From the NCBI GenBank assembly GCA_963706445.1, contig OY970160.1:1056001-1120000 (forward strand): a stretch of 64,000 nt of DNA, read 5' to 3'. Of this stretch, positions 9,846-19,076 are shown piece by piece. The notes under the pieces are model-generated. The model had not been told where the DNA came from. It ran no database searches and worked only from the letters and a program-made list of their open reading frames with translations. The position numbers and the translations under genes are program-made. Origin of the DNA: an uncultured Nitrososphaerales archaeon (GTDB lineage Archaea; Thermoproteota; Nitrososphaeria; Nitrososphaerales; Gagatemarchaeaceae). Position 1 is the stretch's first letter, and the number at the start of each line of letters is the position of its first letter.

Positions 9846-12800
9846 CTACACCTTGTCCTTCAGTTGGAGCCTCGGGGCTATGTTCAGGCTCATCATTTCC
9901 TGGAGGAGGAGCTTGAAGGCGTAGGCGACGACCACGGTGGATATCTTGGCCTGGTCGCCGTCAATCTTGCAGGTGTACTTCCTCTGCTTGGCGTCGTAGT
10001 AGGCGATAAGTCCGCACTTCTCGCAGACGTATATCTCCGTCTTGTCCGCCTCGTCTAGGAGCCTGTCTTTCAGGACCATCGAAGCACCATAGGCGATCAG
10101 GCAGTCCCTCTCCATCTCTCCGAACCTCAGGCCTCCACCCCTGGCTCTCCCCTCGGTCGGCTGCTTGGTGAGCATCTGGACCTGGCCCCTCGCCCTTGCG
10201 TGGATCTTGTCGGCGACCATGTGGTGAAGCTTCTGATAGTATACAACTCCGACGAATACGTCGGCCGCGAACTTCTTCCCGGTCTTTCCGTCGTACATCA
10301 CCTCTCTCCCGGTAGGCTCGAACCCCTTCGACCGGAGGACCCTCTCCATTTCCTCGATGGACTCCCCTGCGAAGGCTGACCCGTCGACCGCGGATCCACG
10401 GAACGCCGCGGCCTTGCCTGCGATCGACTCGATGAACTGGCCCACGGTCATCCTCGACGGGAACGCGTGTGGGTTGATTATCACGTCTGGGACGATACCT
10501 TCGGCGGTGTATGGCATGTCCTCCTGGGGGACCAACAGGCCGATGACCCCCTTCTGGCCGTGCCTTGACGCGAACTTGTCCCCGATCTCAGGGATCCTCA
10601 TGTCGCGGACCCTTACTTTGAACATCTTGCCTCCTTCGACGTTCTCTGTCATGAAGATGGAGTCGACGACTCCGGCCTCGGAGGGCCTCACGGCCACGGA
10701 CGTGTCCCTGCGGTAGGGGCCCTTGATCTCGAATTCCTTGTATTCCTCCATGAACCTCGGAGGGCTTGTCCTTCCGATGACGACGTCGCCTCCGGTCACC
10801 AGAGACTCGTGGGCGACCACCCCGTCCCCTTCGAGGAGGCGGTAGAACTTCTCCCCACGGTACCCTCTGATGTTCGACTCGGCTGCAGGCACCTCGAAGG
10901 TGTCGCGCATCCCGCCGAGATACTGCTTCGCCTCGCCTTCGTAGAGCCTGTAGAAGAACGACCTCGCCATCCCCCTCTCGACGCTCGACTTGTTCATGAT
11001 GATGGCGTCTTCGATGTTGTAACCTTCGAAGGAGAGGACCGCGACGACACAGTTGGTCCCCAGAGGGCGCTCGTCTATCTTGAGGAGGTCCAGGGTCCTG
11101 GTGCGGACGACGGGGGCCTGGGGGCTGACGAGCAGATGCTGCCTGACGTGCGGAGAAATGGGATAGGTCGGGGAGCTGAAGCCGAGGCTCTGCTTGGCCA
11201 TGGCCGACTCGTAGGTGTTCCTCGGAGACTGGTTGTGCTCGGGATACGGGATGATCGACGCTGCGATACCGAACATCGCCGCCGGGAATAGCTCCATGTG
11301 GGTGTTCTTCGTGGTGACGTCCTCGGGGCTCATTGCAACGAGGGAGTTCTCCTCCTCGTTGGCGTCGATGAGCTCTACGACCCCTCCGTCGACGAGGTCC
11401 CTCCACGACTTTTGGCCGGTACGAACCAGATCGATCATTTCAGGGTTGAGCAGCGGTCGCCCTGACTCGACCACGACAAGGGGCCTGAGTACCCTTCCGG
11501 AGCTGAGGCTGATGTAGATGCGGGGGTAGGCTTTGTCGTTGACCGGGGGGACGTAGAGGACGCTGGCGCTCGGGTTGATCTGGCCGTCCCTCCTGAGCTT
11601 CCTGAAGGCCTTCGAAAGGCGCTCTCCGTCGTCGACGTACCCGAGGAACCTTCCGTCCATGAAAACCCTGCACCCGTCGACCTGGAGCTTCTGGTCGGAG
11701 TCCCTGATCTGCTTTGCACCGAGTTCCCAGAGCTTCTCCTCGACTTCTTGGGACGGGACGCTGACCGAAATAATGGCCGAAAGCGCGAGGTTCTTGACCA
11801 GCCCGCAGTTCACTCCTTCAGGTGTCTCGGACGGACAGATCCGGCCGAAGTGGGTTGCGTGGAGGTCTCTGGCCTCGAAGTTCGGCTGGCTCCTGCTCAG
11901 CGGGGACTGGACTCGTCTGAGGTGGCTCAGGGTGCTGAGGTAGTTTGTCCTGTCGAGGAGCTGGGTGACCCCGACCTTCCCCCTCCCCCAGTTGCCCGTG
12001 GCGATGGCGTTGTTGAGCTTGTCAGTGATTATCCCCGTTCTGATGGCTGCGCCGACGACGTTCCCTCCGCGTTTCTGGCCGGTCCTCTCCAACTGGTACT
12101 TCATGTCCCTGACCAGGTTGCGGAAGGCGGTCCTGAACAGGTCCGCGAGCATCTGGCCTGCGAACTTTATCACCTTGTTGCCGTAGTGGTCCTTGTCGTC
12201 GGCACCTATCCAGTTTAGCCTGAGCTCGAGGAGCTTGCACGCGGCCTCGCCCATGAACATCGACTTGTCGAAGCGCCTGTCCTCCGTCTTGCCGAGGTGC
12301 GGGAGGAGGCCCCAGTCGAGCATGGATTGCGCCCGTTTGACTCTGAACTCTTCGAGCATTCCGTGGGCGACCCTGTTGCCGATGAACACGAGAGCGTCCT
12401 TCTCGGTTGGAGCTTCGCTCGCCTTGTCGAACGAAACCTCCAGGAGGTCCTGGATCTCGGACTTCGGCGATACGGCGTCGGCGATGTCCTTGTCGGACTT
12501 TATTCCGAGGGCCCGCATCACTATGACGTAGGGAAGGTCCACCGGGCAGCTAGGGACCTTGACGTTGATCGCTCCGTCCTGCTTCAGGATGAGCTCAAGC
12601 TTAGACCTGTAGCCGACCACGGAGGAGTAGACCCTTGACTTGTATGTGGTGGCCCCTGAGAGCTTCTCCGAGTCGACGAGGATCTTGTTGGGGGACAGAT
12701 CCTCGAGCCCGACGATGACTCTTTCCGCTCCGTGGATGATGAAATAGCCTCCGGGGTCGTTGGGGTCCTCCCCAGATTCGATGAGCTGCTCCTTGGAGCG

Positions 12801-13202
12801 GTTCGAGAGCTGGCAGAGCTCGGACTTTACCATGACAGGCAGGTCCCCGATGTGCTGTCTGGTCGTATCCCGGGGGAGCCCTTCCTCCTCGATAGTCATT
12901 TCGAGCAGGATCGGGGCAGAGTAGGTCAGGTTCCTGAGGCGGGACTCCATGGGGAGGATGCTGCTGACAGAGCCATCGATCTCCACGACCCTCGGGGAGC
13001 CGAGGGTGAGCCTCCCGAACTTGATCTTGTACGGGGTGCTGACAGTTTCAATCTCCACCTCTCCGATTTCATCGACGATGTTCTGCAATCCTCTCGTGAC
13101 GAACTCGTTGTAGCTGCTCAGGTGCTGCCTGGCGACCCCTTCCCTCTGGAGAAGGTCGCTGAGTATCACCCAGGAATTCGATGTTGCGATCTGTCTGCTC
13201 AT
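9846..13202 (-). CDS. rpo2: DNA-directed RNA polymerase subunit Rpo2 (B, unsplit)
   Basis: GDKFASRHGQKG, HMVADKIHAR and GGLRFGEMERD motifs; C-terminal Zn ribbon. Confidence 0.98.
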   Translation of the reverse strand: MSRQIATSNSWVILSDLLQREGVARQHLSSYNEFVTRGLQNIVDEIGEVEIETVSTPYKIKFGRLTLGSPRVVEIDGSVSSILPMESRLRNLTYSAPILLEMTIEEEGLPRDTTRQHIGDLPVMVKSELCQLSNRSKEQLIESGEDPNDPGGYFIIHGAERVIVGLEDLSPNKILVDSEKLSGATTYKSRVYSSVVGYRSKLELILKQDGAINVKVPSCPVDLPYVIVMRALGIKSDKDIADAVSPKSEIQDLLEVSFDKASEAPTEKDALVFIGNRVAHGMLEEFRVKRAQSMLDWGLLPHLGKTEDRRFDKSMFMGEAACKLLELRLNWIGADDKDHYGNKVIKFAGQMLADLFRTAFRNLVRDMKYQLERTGQKRGGNVVGAAIRTGIITDKLNNAIATGNWGRGKVGVTQLLDRTNYLSTLSHLRRVQSPLSRSQPNFEARDLHATHFGRICPSETPEGVNCGLVKNLALSAIISVSVPSQEVEEKLWELGAKQIRDSDQKLQVDGCRVFMDGRFLGYVDDGERLSKAFRKLRRDGQINPSASVLYVPPVNDKAYPRIYISLSSGRVLRPLVVVESGRPLLNPEMIDLVRTGQKSWRDLVDGGVVELIDANEEENSLVAMSPEDVTTKNTHMELFPAAMFGIAASIIPYPEHNQSPRNTYESAMAKQSLGFSSPTYPISPHVRQHLLVSPQAPVVRTRTLDLLKIDERPLGTNCVVAVLSFEGYNIEDAIIMNKSSVERGMARSFFYRLYEGEAKQYLGGMRDTFEVPAAESNIRGYRGEKFYRLLEGDGVVAHESLVTGGDVVIGRTSPPRFMEEYKEFEIKGPYRRDTSVAVRPSEAGVVDSIFMTENVEGGKMFKVRVRDMRIPEIGDKFASRHGQKGVIGLLVPQEDMPYTAEGIVPDVIINPHAFPSRMTVGQFIESIAGKAAAFRGSAVDGSAFAGESIEEMERVLRSKGFEPTGREVMYDGKTGKKFAADVFVGVVYYQKLHHMVADKIHARARGQVQMLTKQPTEGRARGGGLRFGEMERDCLIAYGASMVLKDRLLDEADKTEIYVCEKCGLIAYYDAKQRKYTCKIDGDQAKISTVVVAYAFKLLLQEMMSLNIAPRLQLKDKV

Positions 13203-13495
13203 GGTCTAGCCTCCACCACATACCTGTAGTATATGCTGGTCCCAGCCGTCTCGCTGTTCCTGGTTATCCTGACGAAGTCTCCCGGCTTCGCCCCGACTTC
13301 TTTGGCGAGGGGGTCCGTCGACTGGATGTACGGGAACTGAGAAGGATTAGTGTTGAGCCTCGCCTTCACCTGGTCGGCCTCCTCCCTGGTGAGCAGTTCA
13401 TGCTTCGGAATAAGAAAATGCGTGCTGACCTTGAACGAAGGTACTTCGTCCTCTACCTTCTTGCGTCTTATTGGAGTCTTCCTCGGAGCTACTAT
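13199..13495 (-). CDS. rpo5: DNA-directed RNA polymerase subunit Rpo5 (H); probable non-canonical ATA start
   Basis: Missing from the ORF track. Manual translation: (I)VAPRKTPIRRKKVEDEVPSFKVSTHFLIPKHELL...FPYIQSTDPLAKEVGAKPGDFVRITRNSETAGTSIYYRYVVEARP*. The TGA stop overlaps the rpo2 ATG. Gene identity is secure; the start position is inferred. Confidence 0.9.
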   Translation of the reverse strand: MVAPRKTPIRRKKVEDEVPSFKVSTHFLIPKHELLTREEADQVKARLNTNPSQFPYIQSTDPLAKEVGAKPGDFVRITRNSETAGTSIYYRYVVEARP

Positions 13496-13578
13496 GCCGT
13501 CTTACCCCCATTGATAATACCGACTAGGTGGCACAAAGAATACACGTAACAGGGCCCGAGGTTAGCCGATTTTGAACG

Positions 13579-13594
13579 CGTATTTAGATTTTGC
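13579..13594 (-). promoter_or_regulatory. putative BRE/TATA promoter of the RNAP operon
   Basis: Minus strand reads GCAAAATCTAAATACG, nearly identical to GCAACGTCTAAATACG upstream of rps10 (63336-63351). Confidence 0.5.
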
Positions 13595-13829
13595 TAAGCG
13601 CGAAGGTGGCGTTCCGACCCCATGTTCCGACTTGGGTTCCTATGAACGATGGAAGACAGTCGCCGTGGGGACGGCTTACGGATTCCCTTCGGAGAGACGT
13701 CAAACGGCGAAAACAGCCTGAAATCGACCCCGAATGATGCCATGGGACGGAGATTCTGCGCGACGGTAAGCTGCGCTTCAGAAATGTGGTCTATCCACTT
13801 TTGACGTCAAGGCAACATGAGTGACTATT

Positions 13830-14738
13830 CTAGAAGCTCACTGATTCTGCTTCGTACACAGGGGTCCCTTCTTCGGCCCGCTGGACGACCTTGGTGAACT
13901 CCTGGTAGAGCCGCTTGGTCAGAGGGCCTACGCTCCCGTTCCCTATCTTCACCCCGCTGACCGATCCCACAGCAGTTATCTCGGCTTTCGTCCCAACAAG
14001 GAAGACTTCGTCCGCCGTGGTGAGCTCGAACGGGGTGATGTCCCTCTGCTCCACCTCGTGTCCAAGGTCCGAACAGAGCCTGATGATCCTATCTCTGGTG
14101 ATCCCGTGGAGGATGCCGGCACTGGTGGTCGGGGTCGCGAACTTCCCGTCCTTCACAATGAATATGTTGGTGACAGTCGCCTCTGAGACGAAACCCCGGT
14201 GGTCGAGCAGGATAGCGTCGTCGACATCTGCGGCGTTCGCCTCGATCTTGGCTAGGATGCTGTTCATGTAGTTCAGTGACTTTATCTCGTGAGAGGTGGC
14301 GTCGACGGAGTCCCTGCGGTAGGACGACACTATGACCCTGAGGACTTTCGGCTCCCTTGGGCCCAGCGCGCTGCCCATGGGCTCGGCTATGATGAAGACG
14401 GTAGGATTCTTGCAGAGGGTCGGATCGACGCCGAGGTCCCCGGTGCCCCTCGTGACGACAAGGCGGATGTAAGCATCCCTCAGCTGGTTCTTCCTCATCG
14501 CCTCGAGCACAGCCTCCGTCATTTCGTGCTTCGTCATCGGTATCTTGAGGCGTATGCTCTTCGCAGAATCGTAGAGCCTGTCCATGTGGTCGGTCAGGCG
14601 GAAAACGCTCCCGTTGTAGGCCCTGATGCCCTCGAATATCCCGTCCCCATAGAGCAGCCCGTGGTCGAAGACGGAGACGACCGCCTTCGATTTTTCCGTG
14701 AATTTCCCGTCGATGTAGACGAGCAGCTCCTTATCCAT
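13830..14738 (-). CDS. ilvE: branched-chain amino acid aminotransferase
   Basis: DHGLLYGDGIFEGIRAY, KSLNY (PLP Lys) and GILHGITR motifs. Confidence 0.93.
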   Translation of the reverse strand: MDKELLVYIDGKFTEKSKAVVSVFDHGLLYGDGIFEGIRAYNGSVFRLTDHMDRLYDSAKSIRLKIPMTKHEMTEAVLEAMRKNQLRDAYIRLVVTRGTGDLGVDPTLCKNPTVFIIAEPMGSALGPREPKVLRVIVSSYRRDSVDATSHEIKSLNYMNSILAKIEANAADVDDAILLDHRGFVSEATVTNIFIVKDGKFATPTTSAGILHGITRDRIIRLCSDLGHEVEQRDITPFELTTADEVFLVGTKAEITAVGSVSGVKIGNGSVGPLTKRLYQEFTKVVQRAEEGTPVYEAESVSF

Positions 14739-14776
14739 TGGGAACGAGCGATTTTCTGCTCGTTAAAACGGTTGCG

Positions 14777-17473
14777 TCAGTGCCCAGATGTGTGCAGCCT
14801 AGCGAAGACGTAGGGGAGGACTCCCCCCGCTTGGAGGTACTCCATCTCCGTCGCGTTGTCCACCCGGACCAGGGCCTTGAACCTCTTTTCCCCTGATTTC
14901 CCGCGGGCGGTGACGTCGACCCATTGTTTCGGGGTCGACATGCTTTCAATGCCCTGTATGTCGATGGTCTCTTCGCCGGTGAGGCCCAACTGCTTGACCC
15001 CTTCGCCTTCCTTGAATTGCAGTGGGATCACCCCCATGGCGACAAGGTTGCTCCTGTGGATTCTCTCGAAGTTCTCTGCGATGACTGCCCGTACCCCGAG
15101 GAGCTTGGGGGACTTGGCCGCCCAGTCCCTGGAGCTCCCTGCTCCGTACTGCCTGCCCGCAAGGATCACCAGGGGGACCTTCTCCGAAGCATATTTCATG
15201 GCCGCGTCGTAGATACTCATCACCGTCCCGTCTGGGAGGTGCGAGGTGTACCCCCCTTCCTTCCCTTTGGCCAAGGAGTTCCTCAGCCTGGTGTTGCTGA
15301 ACCCGCCCCGGACCATGACCTCATGGTTCCCCCTCCTGCTCCCGTAGGTCGACATGTCAAGGAGCCCCACGCCGTGCTCTTTGAGATAGGCCCCCGCAGG
15401 GCTATCGAGTAGTATCGTCCCGGCTGGAGAGATGTGGTCAGTTGTGATCTTGTCCTCGAGCACCGCCAATACTCTGGCATCCCGGACGTCCTTCTTCGAG
15501 GATTCTGCATTGGCCGAGTCGAACCACGGCGGATTCCTGATGTAGGTCGACGCTTTGTCCCAATGATAGACCTCGTCCTCGAATGAAGTCAGCTTCTCCC
15601 AGCGGTCATCCCCCTTCATAGCGTCCGCGTAACGCCTGGCGTACAGGTCCGGGTTGAGAGACGCCTGCACCGTTCGCTTGACTTCGGCAAGATTGGGCCA
15701 TAGGTCTTTGAGGAAGACCAACTTCCCGTCCTTCCCCATTCCAAGAGGAGTTGACGCGAAGTCGAAGTCGACCCGGCCCGCCAATGCGTAGGCGACAACG
15801 AGCATTGGGGACATAAGGAAGGACCCTTTAACCAACGGATGGATTCTGCCATCGAAGTTCCTGTTGCCTGAAAGAACTGCGACCGCGTAGATGTCCTTCT
15901 CCTTGATCGTCTTCTCGATTTCAGGGGCAAGAGGTCCGCTGTTGCCGATGCAGGTGGTGCACCCGTAGCCGACGAGGTCGAAGCCGAGCTTGTCAAGATA
16001 CGGGAGGAGGCCCGAGTTCTGCAGATAGTCAGTCACCACGGTGGATCCGGGAGCGAGGCTGGGTTTTACCCACGGCTTCACCGCAAGGCCTGCTTCGACC
16101 GCCCTCTTGGCTATCAGGCCGGCGCCCACCATCACCGTCGGGTTTGAGGTGTTGGTGCAGCTTGTGATGGCCGCGATGACCACCGCCCCGTCGGAGAGAC
16201 CTTTGTGGATGGGCCCATCCTCCTCGAGCATAAGCTGTGCGCGCTGGGCCGTCGAAGATGCAGAGGAGGATGACTGAGCCCTGCGCTGGTCTAGAAGTGC
16301 TCGGGTGAAAGCTGGCACGGAGACTAGGGCGTGTCTTTCCTCCGGATTCCGTGGCCCTGCTATCGAAGGCTCGATTTTGTCCAGGTCTACGTGTACGATC
16401 TCGGTGTAGGTGGGCTCGATATCCCCGACGAAGAAGCCGTATTGCCTGGCGTATCTAGATACGAAGTCGACGTGGGCCCGCGGCCTGGCTGTGCCCGTCA
16501 AATATGCGAGGGTCGCCTCGTCCACCGGGAAGAAGCCTGCCGTCGCCCCATACTCCGGGGACATGTTGCCCATGGTCGCCCTATCAGGGACCGAGAGCTG
16601 GCTGTAGCCTTCGCCGAAGTACTCCACGAAGGCCCCGACGACGTTCTTCTCCCTCAGCCGTTCGGTAACGGTGAGAACCAGGTCGGTCGGCGTCACCCCC
16701 TCGCGGAGTGTCCCCTTGAACTTGACCCCGAAGACCTTGGGTATCGGCATGTGATAGGGCTCCCCCAACATGACTGCCTCCGCCTCGATCCCCCCGACCC
16801 CCCAGCCGAGGCACCCGAGCCCGTTGACCATTGTGGTATGGGAGTCTGTCCCCACAAGAGTGTCAGGGAACGCCTCCAGCGAGCCACCCGCATGTCCGAC
16901 GGCCACTACCTGGGAGAGGTATTCGAGGTTGAACTGATGGCAAATCCCTTTGCCGGGAGGGAATACGCGCATCCCCTTGAAGGAGGACTGGGCCCACTTC
17001 AGGAGGGCGTACCTTTCAGAGTTCCTTTCGTATTCTCTTTGAAGGTTGATGGAGAAGGCCATGTCGTTCCCCCAGGCGTCAACCTGTATCGAATGGTCAA
17101 TCACCAGGTCGACGGGGACCTTCGAGTTTATCGTGCTCGTCTTCATCCCGGCTGATCTCGCCGCGTCCCTCATGGCTGCAAGGTCGACGACCAGCGGGAC
17201 ACCGGTGTAGTCCTGGAGCAGGACCCTGTAGGGCATGAACGGGGTCTCGGAATCTATCGATTTCGGCCACTGGGCGAGGGAGTGGGCGGCCTCGAGGGCT
17301 CCATGCACCCGCCCCGAGTGACGCATGGCGTTCTCCAGCAGGACCCTGATGGAGTAGGGAAGCTTCTCCGGGTCGTAGCCCAAATCCTTGGTCTTCAGGA
17401 TGTTGTAGGCGACGGCCGACCCTGAAGGAGAATCGATCTTCTCTCTTACCCTATCAAAATTTTCGAGAGGCAA
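14777..17473 (-). CDS. acnA: aconitate hydratase AcnA
   Basis: LQDYTGVP, GTDSHT, ITSCTNTSNP, GYGCTTCIGNSG, TTDHISPAG and GSSRDWAAK motifs. Confidence 0.96.
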   Translation of the reverse strand: MPLENFDRVREKIDSPSGSAVAYNILKTKDLGYDPEKLPYSIRVLLENAMRHSGRVHGALEAAHSLAQWPKSIDSETPFMPYRVLLQDYTGVPLVVDLAAMRDAARSAGMKTSTINSKVPVDLVIDHSIQVDAWGNDMAFSINLQREYERNSERYALLKWAQSSFKGMRVFPPGKGICHQFNLEYLSQVVAVGHAGGSLEAFPDTLVGTDSHTTMVNGLGCLGWGVGGIEAEAVMLGEPYHMPIPKVFGVKFKGTLREGVTPTDLVLTVTERLREKNVVGAFVEYFGEGYSQLSVPDRATMGNMSPEYGATAGFFPVDEATLAYLTGTARPRAHVDFVSRYARQYGFFVGDIEPTYTEIVHVDLDKIEPSIAGPRNPEERHALVSVPAFTRALLDQRRAQSSSSASSTAQRAQLMLEEDGPIHKGLSDGAVVIAAITSCTNTSNPTVMVGAGLIAKRAVEAGLAVKPWVKPSLAPGSTVVTDYLQNSGLLPYLDKLGFDLVGYGCTTCIGNSGPLAPEIEKTIKEKDIYAVAVLSGNRNFDGRIHPLVKGSFLMSPMLVVAYALAGRVDFDFASTPLGMGKDGKLVFLKDLWPNLAEVKRTVQASLNPDLYARRYADAMKGDDRWEKLTSFEDEVYHWDKASTYIRNPPWFDSANAESSKKDVRDARVLAVLEDKITTDHISPAGTILLDSPAGAYLKEHGVGLLDMSTYGSRRGNHEVMVRGGFSNTRLRNSLAKGKEGGYTSHLPDGTVMSIYDAAMKYASEKVPLVILAGRQYGAGSSRDWAAKSPKLLGVRAVIAENFERIHRSNLVAMGVIPLQFKEGEGVKQLGLTGEETIDIQGIESMSTPKQWVDVTARGKSGEKRFKALVRVDNATEMEYLQAGGVLPYVFARLHTSGH

Positions 17474-17518
17474 ATCAGATGGAAATGCACCGTCTTTGCC
17501 GATATTTGAAGATAGGTT

Positions 17519-18970
17519 CTATTCCGGCTCTCTGAACTCGCCCGGGAGTCGGGGCTCGGCATCAACCCTCCGCCCCCTTAGCAGGGAGGGGACGATAGCC
17601 ACCGTGTTGATCCCTGCGAGGATGACGAAGACGTTGTCCAAGGCGTTTGAGAACCTGGTCGCATCGGTCTGAATGCTGGTAAGGACGCCCTGAGAAGCAA
17701 TGATCTGGGATATCAGCGCGTAGGGGAGGTAGAAGGTCAGCACAAGGATAACGATGTTGAAGCTGAGGACGAAGCCGATGTTGAAGAAGGTGGCCCTCAG
17801 CCCCGATGCCACCCCCCTGCGGTGCGAAGGCACAGATCCCATGACAGAGCTCATGTTCGGCGAAACGAAAAGCCCCATTCCAGCTCCTCCGATAAGGAGA
17901 TACACGAGAAGCGTCAGGTACGGAGTGCTCGGCGTCAGGGTGGACATTAGCAAGAGGGAGACGCTGATGACGGCGAGTCCCGCGGTGGCGAACGGCCGGG
18001 TCCCGTACTTGTCAGAGAGCCGACCGCTCAATGGACCCACGAACAAGAGGGTCACGTCGAAGGGGACGATGGCGATGCCTGCCTGCAGCGGGGAAAGCCC
18101 TTTCACGAGCTGGAGATACAGGCTGATCAGAAGTATGAAGGCCCCCCAGGCCATCGCGTTGATGAGCTGGGCTACGACTCCTCCAGTGAACTCTCGGATC
18201 CGGAGCATGCTCATGTCGAGGAGGGGGTTGGGCCGCCTCTCCTCCACGCGCAGGAAGACGACGAAGCTAACCGCGGCAAGCACCCCGAATGACACTATGA
18301 ACGATGAGTCAGCCTCCCCGTAGGCGGCGAAGGTGAGCGTGAGCAGCAGGAACGTGATGAACGAAGAGAAGGTCACGAATCCTGGCCAGTCCATGCCCGT
18401 AGCACTCTCCGGCTGGCTCTGCTCCTTCAACCGGCGACGGGCCCAGAGGGTGCCGAAGATCCCCACGGGTATGTTGACATAGAACAGGTAGCGCCAGTCG
18501 AAGAACGCGAGGATCAGCCCACTCAGGGTGAGACCCGCCATGGACCCCGCCCTGAACGCCACCGAGTTGATGCCTAGCGCGTTGCCGAGTTCGTTCCGCG
18601 GGAATGCGTCAGTTATGATGGCAGCGCTGTTAGAGAAGAGGGCGGCCGATCCGAGACCTTGGAATATCCTGGCCGCGATGAAGACGTCGGGGGACGGGGA
18701 AAGCGAGGTGAAGAGGGAACCAACGGTGAATATGGCGAAGCCAATGTTGTAGATCCTCACCCTCCCGTACATGTCGCTGACCCTCCCGAGGAATAGGAGC
18801 GCGACGGTGCTCCCTATCACGTAGGCCTGGGTGAACCAGATTGCCTGTTCGGCATCGGCATGGAGTGCGGCCGCGACGGTCGGGAGACCTATGACCACTA
18901 TCCTGCTGTCGATGCCTGCCATCAGCACCCCCACGGTCGTCACAGAGAGGACAGTCCACTTGTACTGCAA
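17519..18970 (-). CDS. MFS transporter (DHA2/EmrB-like, ~14 TM)
   Basis: GRVSDMYGRVR and GRLSDKYGTR motif A; many hydrophobic helices. Confidence 0.88.
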   Translation of the reverse strand: MQYKWTVLSVTTVGVLMAGIDSRIVVIGLPTVAAALHADAEQAIWFTQAYVIGSTVALLFLGRVSDMYGRVRIYNIGFAIFTVGSLFTSLSPSPDVFIAARIFQGLGSAALFSNSAAIITDAFPRNELGNALGINSVAFRAGSMAGLTLSGLILAFFDWRYLFYVNIPVGIFGTLWARRRLKEQSQPESATGMDWPGFVTFSSFITFLLLTLTFAAYGEADSSFIVSFGVLAAVSFVVFLRVEERRPNPLLDMSMLRIREFTGGVVAQLINAMAWGAFILLISLYLQLVKGLSPLQAGIAIVPFDVTLLFVGPLSGRLSDKYGTRPFATAGLAVISVSLLLMSTLTPSTPYLTLLVYLLIGGAGMGLFVSPNMSSVMGSVPSHRRGVASGLRATFFNIGFVLSFNIVILVLTFYLPYALISQIIASQGVLTSIQTDATRFSNALDNVFVILAGINTVAIVPSLLRGRRVDAEPRLPGEFREPE

Positions 18971-19076
18971 ATCGAGATGCTCCGGGATGAACTCTTGGAA
19001 CGCCCAGGCAGAGCGGTGTTAAGGATTACCCGAACGGGGAAAATTCAATTACGCGGGAAATCACCGAACAGGAAGA

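Noticed and set aside
13181-13549. 122-aa plus-strand ORF
   Set aside because: Antisense to rpoH, which occupies this interval.
13595-13829. Intergenic gap between ilvE and the rpoH promoter as a possible ncRNA
   Set aside because: No tRNA, box C/D or other recognisable structure by eye; an Infernal/Rfam search would be needed.
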